The position numbers and the translations under genes were made by a program. From NCBI GenBank assembly GCA_964477705.1, contig CAYZFJ010000001.1, forward strand, positions 11,380 to 75,379: a DNA stretch of 64,000 bases, in the 5' to 3' direction. Origin of the DNA: an uncultured Myxococcia bacterium. GTDB lineage: Bacteria; Myxococcota_A; JAVEVO01; CAYZFJ01. Positions 10,352 to 19,112 of the stretch are shown one piece after another (position 1 is the first letter of the stretch; each line of letters begins with the position of its first letter). A model generated the notes under the pieces. The model was given only the letters and a program-made list of their open reading frames with translations, searched no databases and was not told the origin of the DNA.

Positions 10352-10711
10352 ATGAATGAGAAAAATAACCAGCCCAATGATGTTGATGCGCATGTGGTGG
10401 AGAAGCAGACCGCAGGTGGGTTGGAAATCCAGATTGATGACCTTATCGCACAGGGTGTTTATAGTAATGGCATGATGATCAACTTCAATGAAAATGAATT
10501 CGCCATCGACTTTCTTTATGTGCAGCCTACCCACCCCAAAGCAAAAGTCCGTTCCAGAGTGATTGTCACCCCTGGTCAGACTCGGCGTTTTCTGCAGCTT
10601 CTACAGGAAAACGTTCAGCGGTATGACAACAGGTTCGGCAGGCAGTCCCGCATAGGTGACAACAGCGGACCTGCTGCTGCAGGCCGACAGGGAGGACCTC
10701 CTATCCATTGA
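10352..10711 (+). CDS. DUF3467-family hypothetical protein
   Basis: NFNENEFAIDF motif typical of DUF3467; ATG 10352 preferred over GTG 10346. Confidence 0.45.
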   Translation: MNEKNNQPNDVDAHVVEKQTAGGLEIQIDDLIAQGVYSNGMMINFNENEFAIDFLYVQPTHPKAKVRSRVIVTPGQTRRFLQLLQENVQRYDNRFGRQSRIGDNSGPAAAGRQGGPPIH

Positions 10712-10991
10712 CAGAGTTGTCTGCGAGCATGCTGAGTTGCTGGCTGCATCGAGGATTAAAGCCAGGAGCCAGGGGAGGATTGTGCAAGGCAAGCAGGTAG
10801 TATCTGCCTCTAGATTACTTTTTATTGTCTTTATCCAGTATTTTGGGTATTTAACAAGTCGGTGTGGTAGATATTGACCCTTGAAGTTTGGTTTAATCTT
10901 TCAATGGTGCTGTAGGTGAAGTCGGAATCCTGGGGAACTATGTTTCCGGCAAATTCCTCTCTGTTGTGCGAGATAAGGCAAGGAGCATAAG

Positions 10992-12116
10992 ATGAAGCGA
11001 TTGCTGAAAGGCAAGGCTTTGAGCTTAATATTGGGTGCCACGGTTTTCTGGTCCATTCTGGCTGCAGGATGCACTAATTCGGGAGGAGGGGGAACCGCAG
11101 GTGGGGCTCTGGCTCTTCAGGACTATTCGAAGGAGTATGCAAAGGCCATCTGCAACTTCATGGATAGGTGTGTCGGAGAGAGCCAGATGGCTGCTGCGAA
11201 TATGCCAAGCTTTGAAGTTTGCATAGCGTCTGTTGGCAAGACTTACCAGAACACCCACTACGCAAACCTGCTTAATCTCATCCAGGCCGGGATCACTACC
11301 TTTGACTCGGCTCAGGCCCGGGAATGCGTCAATGCCATTAAAAACGCCACCTGTGATGATAGCTCCTGGTATAAGCAGATTTGTGCTGGTGTATTTCAGG
11401 GCAGCGTGGCTGTGGGCGAGGAGTGCGTAATGGACGAAGTATGCACCAACCCACAGGTCAATCATTGCCAGTTTTCAGGAGAGTGTCCGGGCGTTTGCAC
11501 ACCAAGGATTGCGTTGGGCAAGGATTGTAGTGGTGCATACGATCAGTGCGATTTTGGGACCATTTGTGTGGATGATACCTGCGTGACTGCTCCTGGAGAG
11601 GGCGAGGAGTGTGGAGCAGGGATTGAGTGTGCTGGTTCGCTCTTCTGTGTGGGAGCCACTAATGGTGCCGATGAGCCCGATGGTGAGTGCAAGTCTCTCC
11701 AGGACCTGTACATCAGGGGAGAGCTGGCCACCTGTGACATCTCGAAGAATTTCTATTGTCGGGATGGCCTGCGGTGCGAATTTAACAGGGACCCGGTCAG
11801 TGACTCCGAGGGTATCTGTATGAAAGGTGGAGCAGAGGCAAATTCCGCCTGTTATCCTTCATTCCCGGATCCCTGCCCCGATGGTTTTTATTGTCAGGTA
11901 ACTACACCGGGGCGTGCGGGCAGGTGTAACGAAGTACCTCTCTATACGCAATCTTGTCCTGAAGGCAGGTGTGCCTGGCCAGCAGTGTGTGTTGAGGGTT
12001 CATGCCTCTTGCAGGTGGAAAATGGGCAGAATTGTGGTGGCAAGAGTCCTGTATGCCACAGCAACACATGTATTAATGATATCTGTGCCGCCCCAGATCC
12101 CTGCGAAGGATTCTGA
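10992..12116 (+). CDS. Secreted Cys-rich lipoprotein
   Basis: Signal peptide with lipobox LAAGC; ~40 Cys in 374 aa arranged in repeated C-x-x-x-C / C-x-G-x-C patterns. Confidence 0.55.
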   Translation: MKRLLKGKALSLILGATVFWSILAAGCTNSGGGGTAGGALALQDYSKEYAKAICNFMDRCVGESQMAAANMPSFEVCIASVGKTYQNTHYANLLNLIQAGITTFDSAQARECVNAIKNATCDDSSWYKQICAGVFQGSVAVGEECVMDEVCTNPQVNHCQFSGECPGVCTPRIALGKDCSGAYDQCDFGTICVDDTCVTAPGEGEECGAGIECAGSLFCVGATNGADEPDGECKSLQDLYIRGELATCDISKNFYCRDGLRCEFNRDPVSDSEGICMKGGAEANSACYPSFPDPCPDGFYCQVTTPGRAGRCNEVPLYTQSCPEGRCAWPAVCVEGSCLLQVENGQNCGGKSPVCHSNTCINDICAAPDPCEGF

Positions 12117-12414
12117 TCACCCTTAAACACCACATTATAGGTTCATCCCCCTTCAATCTTCTCCTTTAGCTTTCACTTTCACACCCCCATACATTTCTTT
12201 GTACTGCCAACTTTTTGCCCTTTAACGTCCCCATCTAGCTTGTGTTCCATGACATGAGCTGAGCTTCCACCTGTAAATATTAAACAGTGTCACGTGGAAC
12301 TTTGGGTTTGTGAATATGCTTAACCGAACACACATTCGGCATGCCGTGCCTCATGTACAGGAGTCTAAGTTGGAGCAAGGACTTCTGGGGAGCAATGTTC
12401 AACAGCCAGGTGCA

Positions 12415-15096
12415 TCAGATGAAAAGGTTGATATTGCCCTCGGATGCGCTCTCGATGTATGTGGCCACGCCACCTTCTTCAACCCCGTCTATCAGCTCTT
12501 CACGTTTCAGCCCCATCACATCCATTGACATGGTGCATGCAACCATACGAGCCCCATTTTTCATGGCAGCATCCAGGAGCCCAGGCAGAGAATCCACATT
12601 TTTCTGCTTCATCACATGTTTCATCATGCTGGTGCCCATACCAGCCATATTCATCTTGGATAAGGCGAGCTTTCTCGGCCCCCTTGGCAGCATGAAACCG
12701 AACATTTTTTCCATCAGATTCTTGCGTGTCTTGACCGGCTGATCCTTGCGCAGCAGGCTCAGCCCCCAAAAAGTGAAGAACATGACCACCTTCATGCCCA
12801 TGGCAGCCGCACCATTAGCGATGATAAATGCCGCCATAGCCTTGTCCATGTCGTTGTTAAAGACGATGATGCTCAGTTGCTGAGAGTGACCACTTTGGGC
12901 CGTAGTGTTGCCAAGGGAAAACCCGGTAGGAGCACCATGAATCATGTTGGTAGCCGGGTCTGCAGGAGATGTGCCATGGCTGATAGTGGCTGTATATCGC
13001 CCATTGTTAGCGTCCACTGATATCAGCTTGTGGCCGGCTTTGCGACACCAGGCTGCTGCATCAGCCGGGAATCCGGGGTCTGTGGCGATAACCTTCAGGA
13101 TCTGGCCTGGCTTTAGGGAATCCATCTTCTCTCTCATGCGCATCAGCGGTCCGGGACACTGGAGGCCGCATGCATTAAGCACAAAAGTATCCATTCCATT
13201 TTCCTGATTAGTCTCTCTATTCATCTGGTTACTCTCTCCTGAGGTCATTGATGGAGCAGCAGGTGATGTCTGGACCGCCATGGCTCTGTCGCTGTTCTCT
13301 GGGGAATCGCACATTCCGGTGGTAAGCGGCTGAGAGGGCATCTCAAATTGAGGCAATTGACCCGTATACATGAGCCAGGAGGTGTAACCGCCGACCAGAT
13401 TCCTGGCGTTGAATCCACTCTGAGTCAGAATGCGTTGGGCCGTGTAGCCTCTTAGCCCAACACGGCAATAGGTGATGTACTCCTTATCGGCAGCGAGTTG
13501 ACTTATGCGATCTCTCAGCTCATCTACCGGCATGAGAATAGAGCCGGGAATATGCCCTGCTTCATGCTCTTCCAAGGTGCGCACATCAAGGAGGACAGTG
13601 TTATTTCCCTTATCGGGTGCGTATTCACTTTGTTTCAGGATTTCTTCCAGTTGGGCCGATTGGATGGGGCGATGGTCGCCTCGAATCATATTGGCGGCTA
13701 CGAACCCGATCATATTGACTGGGTCTTTGGCAGAGTTGAACGGTGGTGCATAGGCCAGCTCCAGATGTTCCAGATCAAAAACGGTCAATTTACCTGCTAT
13801 TGCTGTGGAGATCACATCGATTCGTTTATCAACCCCTTCCATACCAATGGCCTGAGCTCCGAAAATTTGTCCGTTTGTCGGGTTGAAATACATCTTGAAT
13901 GTGATTGGAGAAGAGCCGGGGTAGTATCCGGCGTGATTCCCCGGGTGGATTATAGCCGTCTCAAACTGGGTCCCGGCGGTAGTGAGCGCCTTTTGGTTGA
14001 GCCCTACGGTTCCTGCTGCAAGATCGAATACCTTGCAGATGGATGTCCCGGAAGTGCCCCTGTATCTGCTGTCCTTGCGGCCAAAAACCTGGTCTGCTGC
14101 AATGCGACCCTGTCTGTTGGCGGGGCCGGCCAGGGGAATCAGCACTTGCCTATTGCTGATGGGGTTTGTGACCTCAACGGCATCGCCCGCTGCATAGATG
14201 TGTTCATCGGAGGTCTCCATGCGTTCATTTACCTGGATGCCTCCGGTGATACCAAGCTGGAGACCGGCTTCTTTTGCGAGGGCGGTTCGTGGGCGTACAC
14301 CCGCTGCGACGATGACCATGTGAGTGTTGAGAGAGGACCGTGTGCCAGCCTTGTCCTCCAGGTTGACAGTCAAGCATGTCTCTGGAGAGGGCTTGGTGTT
14401 GAGGCCAGTGCTAACCTTTGGGGCGATCGAGGTGAGCTTGGTCTCCAGCTTCAGATCCACCCCGTGCAACCGGATGTTCTGGTGTAGAAGCTCAGCCATG
14501 TCCCTATCTACGTTAGGCAGTACCTGAGGACCGAGCTCGATCATGCTGACTGCAAGTCCACGCTGCCTTAGATTTTCTGCAACCTCAACACCGATGAAAC
14601 CTGCCCCCAGCACTGTGGCATGCTTTACCTGGTGGTTCTTGATCCAACTTATAATCCCGTTCATCTCGGTAATGGTCTGGAGGTTAAACACATTCTCCAA
14701 GTTGAGACCAGGCAGGGGAGGACGGAATGCCTCTGCGCCGGGAGCCAGGATCAGCTTGTCATAGGAGAGCTCATATTCCCTCTGCTCCGGAACGATGAGC
14801 ACCTTGAGCAGCTTCCGCTTCCTGTCGATGGACAAGACCTGATTATTGGTGCGCACGTCTATGTTGAACCGTGCTTTAAGGGATTGTGGGGTCTGGACGA
14901 TGAGGGCTCCCTGCTCTGGGATTACGCCTCCAATGTGGTATGGAAGACCGCAGTTGGCAAAACTGACATGGGGGCCCTTTTCGAGAATGATGATCTCTGC
15001 GCTCTCGGAGAGGCGGCGTGCGCGGGTGGCGGCAGATGCGCCACCTGCCACACCTCCCACAATTACCAGGCGCATGGGAGGACGGGAGGCTGTCAT
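12415..15096 (-). CDS. Multidomain sulfur oxidoreductase: CoA-disulfide-reductase-like FAD/NAD(P) oxidoreductase + rhodanese + TusA-like + DsrE-like (NADH-dependent persulfide reductase-type fusion)
   Basis: N-terminal GGVAGG dinucleotide fold and SFANCGLPY active-site Cys motif; rhodanese CRVGLRG loop; CPGP TusA motif; C-terminal DsrE/F-like domain. Confidence 0.7.
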   Translation of the reverse strand: MTASRPPMRLVIVGGVAGGASAATRARRLSESAEIIILEKGPHVSFANCGLPYHIGGVIPEQGALIVQTPQSLKARFNIDVRTNNQVLSIDRKRKLLKVLIVPEQREYELSYDKLILAPGAEAFRPPLPGLNLENVFNLQTITEMNGIISWIKNHQVKHATVLGAGFIGVEVAENLRQRGLAVSMIELGPQVLPNVDRDMAELLHQNIRLHGVDLKLETKLTSIAPKVSTGLNTKPSPETCLTVNLEDKAGTRSSLNTHMVIVAAGVRPRTALAKEAGLQLGITGGIQVNERMETSDEHIYAAGDAVEVTNPISNRQVLIPLAGPANRQGRIAADQVFGRKDSRYRGTSGTSICKVFDLAAGTVGLNQKALTTAGTQFETAIIHPGNHAGYYPGSSPITFKMYFNPTNGQIFGAQAIGMEGVDKRIDVISTAIAGKLTVFDLEHLELAYAPPFNSAKDPVNMIGFVAANMIRGDHRPIQSAQLEEILKQSEYAPDKGNNTVLLDVRTLEEHEAGHIPGSILMPVDELRDRISQLAADKEYITYCRVGLRGYTAQRILTQSGFNARNLVGGYTSWLMYTGQLPQFEMPSQPLTTGMCDSPENSDRAMAVQTSPAAPSMTSGESNQMNRETNQENGMDTFVLNACGLQCPGPLMRMREKMDSLKPGQILKVIATDPGFPADAAAWCRKAGHKLISVDANNGRYTATISHGTSPADPATNMIHGAPTGFSLGNTTAQSGHSQQLSIIVFNNDMDKAMAAFIIANGAAAMGMKVVMFFTFWGLSLLRKDQPVKTRKNLMEKMFGFMLPRGPRKLALSKMNMAGMGTSMMKHVMKQKNVDSLPGLLDAAMKNGARMVACTMSMDVMGLKREELIDGVEEGGVATYIESASEGNINLFI

Positions 15097-15398
15097 TGTA
15101 TATCACCTTTCTTGCATGTCGTTATGCAGTTGAGAAGGACTTTCATGTTGGGATTTGCATTCTCGTAAATCCGGAGGTTTCCGTTCTTAAGTACTTTGAC
15201 CAGCTTTGCCTGGCGCAGAATTCTCAAGTGCTGTGAGATGATGGCCTGTTCCATGTTCATGACCTCTACAATGTTACCAACCGTCATGTTGCATTGGACC
15301 AGATGTGCCATGATGCGTATTCTGGAAGGATGGCCCAGGGCTTTGAGAACCGATGCTACGTGCTCCAGCTCTGTACCTTCCATGTCTTTTATTGGCAT
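15093..15398 (-). CDS. ArsR-family HTH transcriptional regulator (candidate BigR/SqrR-type persulfide sensor), translationally coupled (ATGA) to the downstream oxidoreductase
   Basis: 101 aa, winged-helix ArsR pattern (HPSRIRIMAHL... QHLRIL); Cys residues in N- and C-terminal regions. Confidence 0.65.
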   Translation of the reverse strand: MPIKDMEGTELEHVASVLKALGHPSRIRIMAHLVQCNMTVGNIVEVMNMEQAIISQHLRILRQAKLVKVLKNGNLRIYENANPNMKVLLNCITTCKKGDIQ

Positions 15399-15542
15399 AG
15401 CAATACCTTGGGAAAATTCATATAGCATTTCATATATATACGATTCGCTATATTTGCAAGTTGAGTTGCATAATAATATTACATTCGTCGGGCATTTGGC
15501 TGGATAACAAGGGGTAAGGGGGAGGGGCGAGGCTGCTCTGCC

Positions 15543-15660
15543 GCTGTAGGGGCACGGCATGCCGTGCCCTTCGTTAGCGGTGCACCCAACCTGCCCAAAC
15601 AATTTTGTGAAATCAAACTGCCTTAAAAGAACACGCATGTGGCATGCCGACCCCTCAAGT
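15543..15660. repeat. REP-like palindromic intergenic element, long composite copy (core GGGCACGGCATGCCGTGCCC at ~15550-15569)
   Basis: Perfect 20-nt palindrome plus conserved flank TTCGTTAGCGGTGCACCCAAC; near-identical ~110-nt copy at 45541-45690. Confidence 0.7.
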
Positions 15661-15707
15661 TGCAAAGAACAAGAGGAATATTATGATTCTTTCTACTTTC
15701 CTCCCGC

Positions 15708-16997
15708 CTACTCCACTTCAAGCAGGAGGGCTGCACCTTGCCCCCCTCCAATGCAAAGCGTAGCCAGCCCCCTGTTCTTTCCAGTGCGGACCAGCTCTTT
15801 CAGGGTGTGGAGTACCAACCGGGTGCCGGTCATTCCAACCGGGTGACCTAGAGCAATAGCACCACCCATAGTGTTCAGTTTGTCCCGGTCTATGGAACCT
15901 ATCCTGGAGGAACGGTGTAGATGCTGCTGGGCAAAGCTGTCCGAATCAAATGCTAGCTCATTGGCGATCACCTGAGCCGCAAATGCTTCATTGATCTCCA
16001 CCAGATCCATGTCTCTTATGGTAAGGTTGGTACGGGCCAGCAGCCGAGCCGTTGCATACGTGGGGCCAAGGCCCATATGAACTGGGTCGGTTGCTGCATA
16101 TGCGTAATCAGTCAAATAGCCAAGAGGTTTCAATCCTCGTTTTTTAACCTGCTCTTCTCCTGCCAACAGCAGGACGGCTGCTCCGTCGGTGAGAGGGCAG
16201 GCGTTACCTACAGTGACTGTTCCCGATTCCAGGTTAAAGTATGGCTTGAGGCGAGCCAGCTTCTCCATGCTCTGGTCTGGCCGGAAGCCTTGATCCTCCA
16301 CGATGTGACGTGGAGCATCTCCGGGGATATCCAGGCCAGTAATCTCCCCTGCCAGCAACCCCTCCCTAGTAGCCCTGGTGGCCAACTGGTGGCTGCGGAG
16401 GGCAAACTGATCCTGGTCGGAGCGACTGATGTTGAATTCTTTAGCCAGCAGGTCAGCCGTATCGCCCATCATCATCCCAATCAAGGGGTCGTAAAGCCCC
16501 TGCTGTATGCCTACAACCGGCTTGAGGTGACTCATGCGAAATTTGGTAAGGGCCTTGAGCTTATCGGCCGTTCTCTTCGACTTCCATAAGGCTGATATGA
16601 AATCCGTATAGCCTCTGTTGAAGATAAGGGGGATGTTGCTCATGCTTTCTGTACCTCCGGCTAGAACGACAGATCCCCTCCCTGCCTGGATCATGTCGGC
16701 TGCCGAGGTGATGGATTGCATCCCTGAGCCACAGTTGCGCTGAACCGTAAAGGCAGGTTTGTCAACTGGTAGCCCTGCCTTGACAGCGATCACCCTGGCG
16801 ATATTAATGGCGTCCATGGGTTGGGCCACATTGCCGAAAATAATTTCGTCCACCTCTTCTGGTTTAATGTGGCCACGTGAAACAATCTCTCGGGTCACAT
16901 GAACACCAAGGTCCACGGCATTAAGGGCGCAAAGAGCAGTCCCTGCCTTGGCCATTGGAGTTCTTGTCCCGTCTATTATGGCTATTCTGTTTTTCAT
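15708..16997 (-). CDS. Acetyl-CoA C-acetyltransferase / 3-ketoacyl-CoA thiolase
   Basis: Thiolase family motifs (NxxCxSG active-site Cys region, C-terminal CIGGGQG); start placed at MKNRIAIIDG (ATG 16997). Confidence 0.8.
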   Translation of the reverse strand: MKNRIAIIDGTRTPMAKAGTALCALNAVDLGVHVTREIVSRGHIKPEEVDEIIFGNVAQPMDAINIARVIAVKAGLPVDKPAFTVQRNCGSGMQSITSAADMIQAGRGSVVLAGGTESMSNIPLIFNRGYTDFISALWKSKRTADKLKALTKFRMSHLKPVVGIQQGLYDPLIGMMMGDTADLLAKEFNISRSDQDQFALRSHQLATRATREGLLAGEITGLDIPGDAPRHIVEDQGFRPDQSMEKLARLKPYFNLESGTVTVGNACPLTDGAAVLLLAGEEQVKKRGLKPLGYLTDYAYAATDPVHMGLGPTYATARLLARTNLTIRDMDLVEINEAFAAQVIANELAFDSDSFAQQHLHRSSRIGSIDRDKLNTMGGAIALGHPVGMTGTRLVLHTLKELVRTGKNRGLATLCIGGGQGAALLLEVE

Positions 16998-17354
16998 GTT
17001 CGTTTCGCAGTAAGCAGGCCTAGACAGGAGAAACACCTGTCGCTGTGTCATCATAGAGCGTCGGGCAGTGACCATGTATGAGCGCCGGCACTCGCAAACC
17101 TGATCATCCATCCTAGCATGATATGTTCAGGCAGGCCGAATTTTCTTGGGTGTCCTTGCTGCTGTCCGGATTCTGCGTCCGGTTTCCGGTCATTTTCCAC
17201 AGCTTTCTATCCACTCTAGCAGGATCTCATCTGAGGCAGGTGCTGTTTACCTGCCATTACAGCGATTTGATAAACTCAGACCAGTTGGCCTGTTTGTTGC
17301 TGACCATGGTGCTTGCTGTTCAGGGACCCAGGCAGACACAGAGAGGGGGGCATT

Positions 17355-18071
17355 ATGCGACTAAACAGGCTGAAAAGGAGGGATGATATGGTCGACATGG
17401 ATAAATGGCCAACTGAAGAGAGGCCACGGGAGAGGATGATTTCTTCAGGAGTTGAAGGCCTCACTGATGCGGATCTTGTGGCTATCTTGATTGGTGTAGG
17501 TGGGCGAGGGCGGGGGAATGCTTCCCAGCTTGCGTTAGAACTGTTGGGGGCTTTTGGTGGACTGGCAGGCCTTGAGAAGGCTGGGGTACAGGAGCTGTCC
17601 AAGGTGGCGGCGGTTGGAGTGGCCAAGGCATGCAGGATTAAGGCTGCGTTAGCCCTAGGCAGACGTTCAGTATCTGCGAATTGGAACAGGGGAGAGGCAT
17701 TTCGTTCAGCCAGGGATGTTTACCAGTGCTACGGTCCCCTGCTTGGAGGCTTGAAAAAGGAGGTCTTTCTGGCCATCCCCCTGGATACTAGAAACCGCAG
17801 ACTTGGTGAGGTAAGAGTGGCAGAGGGTACTCTCACCTCGTGCCCGGTTCATCCAAGAGAGGCATTCGTTCCCTTGATGCGGGAATGTGCTGCTGCTGCC
17901 GTGTTCATCCATAATCATCCAAGCGGAGATCCCACACCCAGTGGGGATGATATTGCCTTGACTATCAGGCTCCGGGATGTGGGTGAGCTGATTGGAATCA
18001 GGGTGCTGGATCATGTGGTGGTGGCCTCTGAAGGGTATGTCTCTCTGGCTGAAAGGGGCGTAATCAAATGA
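17355..18071 (+). CDS. radC: RadC-like JAB/MPN-domain protein (UPF0758)
   Basis: HNHPSGDPTPSGDD JAMM-type motif, N-terminal ERPRER...LSDAELLAILI pattern; GAGAGGGGGG RBS. Confidence 0.7.
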   Translation: MRLNRLKRRDDMVDMDKWPTEERPRERMISSGVEGLTDADLVAILIGVGGRGRGNASQLALELLGAFGGLAGLEKAGVQELSKVAAVGVAKACRIKAALALGRRSVSANWNRGEAFRSARDVYQCYGPLLGGLKKEVFLAIPLDTRNRRLGEVRVAEGTLTSCPVHPREAFVPLMRECAAAAVFIHNHPSGDPTPSGDDIALTIRLRDVGELIGIRVLDHVVVASEGYVSLAERGVIK

Positions 18072-18790
18072 ATGTGAGGCCTCTCAAAATAATTAAATCG
18101 ATTGGATCTGTGAGCAAAACAGGCTGTCTCATTCTGAGGTTGTCCCAAGCAATTGCCGTGATAGCTTGTACAGTCATAGTGACCGCCTGCGTGGGTGATG
18201 GGGAGATGGGGACTCCTCATGGTTTAAAAGATCAGGATGGTGAAGTTGAAGTGCGTACTTCGGATAAGCATCGGGTGCCAGGTGAAGATTACCCAGATAA
18301 GTGCTCTCTCCCACAGGCTCCTATCAATTCTTCCGACCGGTTGAGAGAGCCTGCTGAACATCAAAGAGTCGAAGAAGAGGCAAAAGTTAATCTGTCAAAC
18401 TGGTCATCAGCGCAGAACAATATGGATTTCGCCGGTGAGGATAGCAATATCTGCTCCCTCAAGGGTATCTTCGTTGTGGACAGGATAGTGGAAGGATGGG
18501 TAGTGCTGTTAGCTGTTGAGGGGTCAGGGGCTTGGTGCCAATGGATGGAGATTCCAAAGGACTATATGCCGGAAGGAATCCATGAGGGGAGCGTTCTGGT
18601 AGACGGACAGGTTTCAATTGAGGAGGAGGAACGTATCAGGGCCAGGATCAGTCAATTGCTGGAGAGACTGATGGGCCATACTGAGCAGGATAGACCCAGT
18701 GACGACCAGGCAGGGAGTAATCTAGCCAATGATAATAAGAGGGATTGGTATGGGCATGGGGATGGGGGAGAGCAGGTCATTAATCTTTAG
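18068..18790 (+). CDS. Hypothetical protein with C-terminal DUF3006-like domain; start overlaps radC stop (ATGA)
   Basis: C-terminal IFVVDRIVEGWVVLLAVEG... resembles DUF3006; possible N-terminal signal/lipobox. Confidence 0.4.
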   Translation: MNVRPLKIIKSIGSVSKTGCLILRLSQAIAVIACTVIVTACVGDGEMGTPHGLKDQDGEVEVRTSDKHRVPGEDYPDKCSLPQAPINSSDRLREPAEHQRVEEEAKVNLSNWSSAQNNMDFAGEDSNICSLKGIFVVDRIVEGWVVLLAVEGSGAWCQWMEIPKDYMPEGIHEGSVLVDGQVSIEEEERIRARISQLLERLMGHTEQDRPSDDQAGSNLANDNKRDWYGHGDGGEQVINL

Positions 18791-18804
18791 TGCGGCAAAA
18801 AAAG

Positions 18805-18838
18805 AAAGAGGGGAAAGCTTTTCGGCTTTCCCCTCTTT
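18805..18838 (-). terminator. Rho-independent terminator hairpin between convergent genes (serves the bS22 gene; T-tract on minus strand)
   Basis: AAAGAGGGGAAAGC-ttttcg-GCTTTCCCCTCTTT perfect 14-bp stem; revcomp followed by CTTTCTTTTTTTGCC. Confidence 0.55.
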
Positions 18839-18850
18839 GCAAGATCACTT

Positions 18851-18949
18851 CTACTTCTTGTTCCGGCGCTGGTGCCTGGTCCTGGCCAGCATCTTCCGGT
18901 GCTTATGCTTGCGGATTTTCTTCCGCCGCTTTTTAATAACTCGGCTCAT
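18851..18949 (-). CDS. Small basic ribosomal protein bS22-like (AURKAIP1/COX24-type, 32 aa) - not in ORF track
   Basis: Translates to MSRVIKKRRKKIRKHKHRKMLARTRHQRRNKK; GGAGA RBS upstream; terminator downstream. Confidence 0.55.
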   Translation of the reverse strand: MSRVIKKRRKKIRKHKHRKMLARTRHQRRNKK

Positions 18950-19112
18950 TGTCTCTCCTAGTTCCAGTCGGGGAATGGTTCTTTTTATTCCCTGTGGCGA
19001 AATCAGGAATTGGTACCGCCGGTCAGGCTGGCACTATAACCTTAAGTTTTTCAAAAATTTTGGAATCAACCAACGTGTGATCAATTCACAAAGGATGCTT
19101 TGCAGTCAGAGA

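Noticed and set aside
10992-12116. Considered whether the Cys-rich lipoprotein + DUF3467 pair forms a toxin or defence unit
   Set aside because: No enzymatic or immunity-like domains recognisable; genes separated by 280 nt with independent signals
12310-12742. Plus-strand ORFs (72 and 133 aa) overlapping the 3' end of the Npsr-type fusion gene
   Set aside because: Antisense to a clearly conserved DsrE-like domain; no start context
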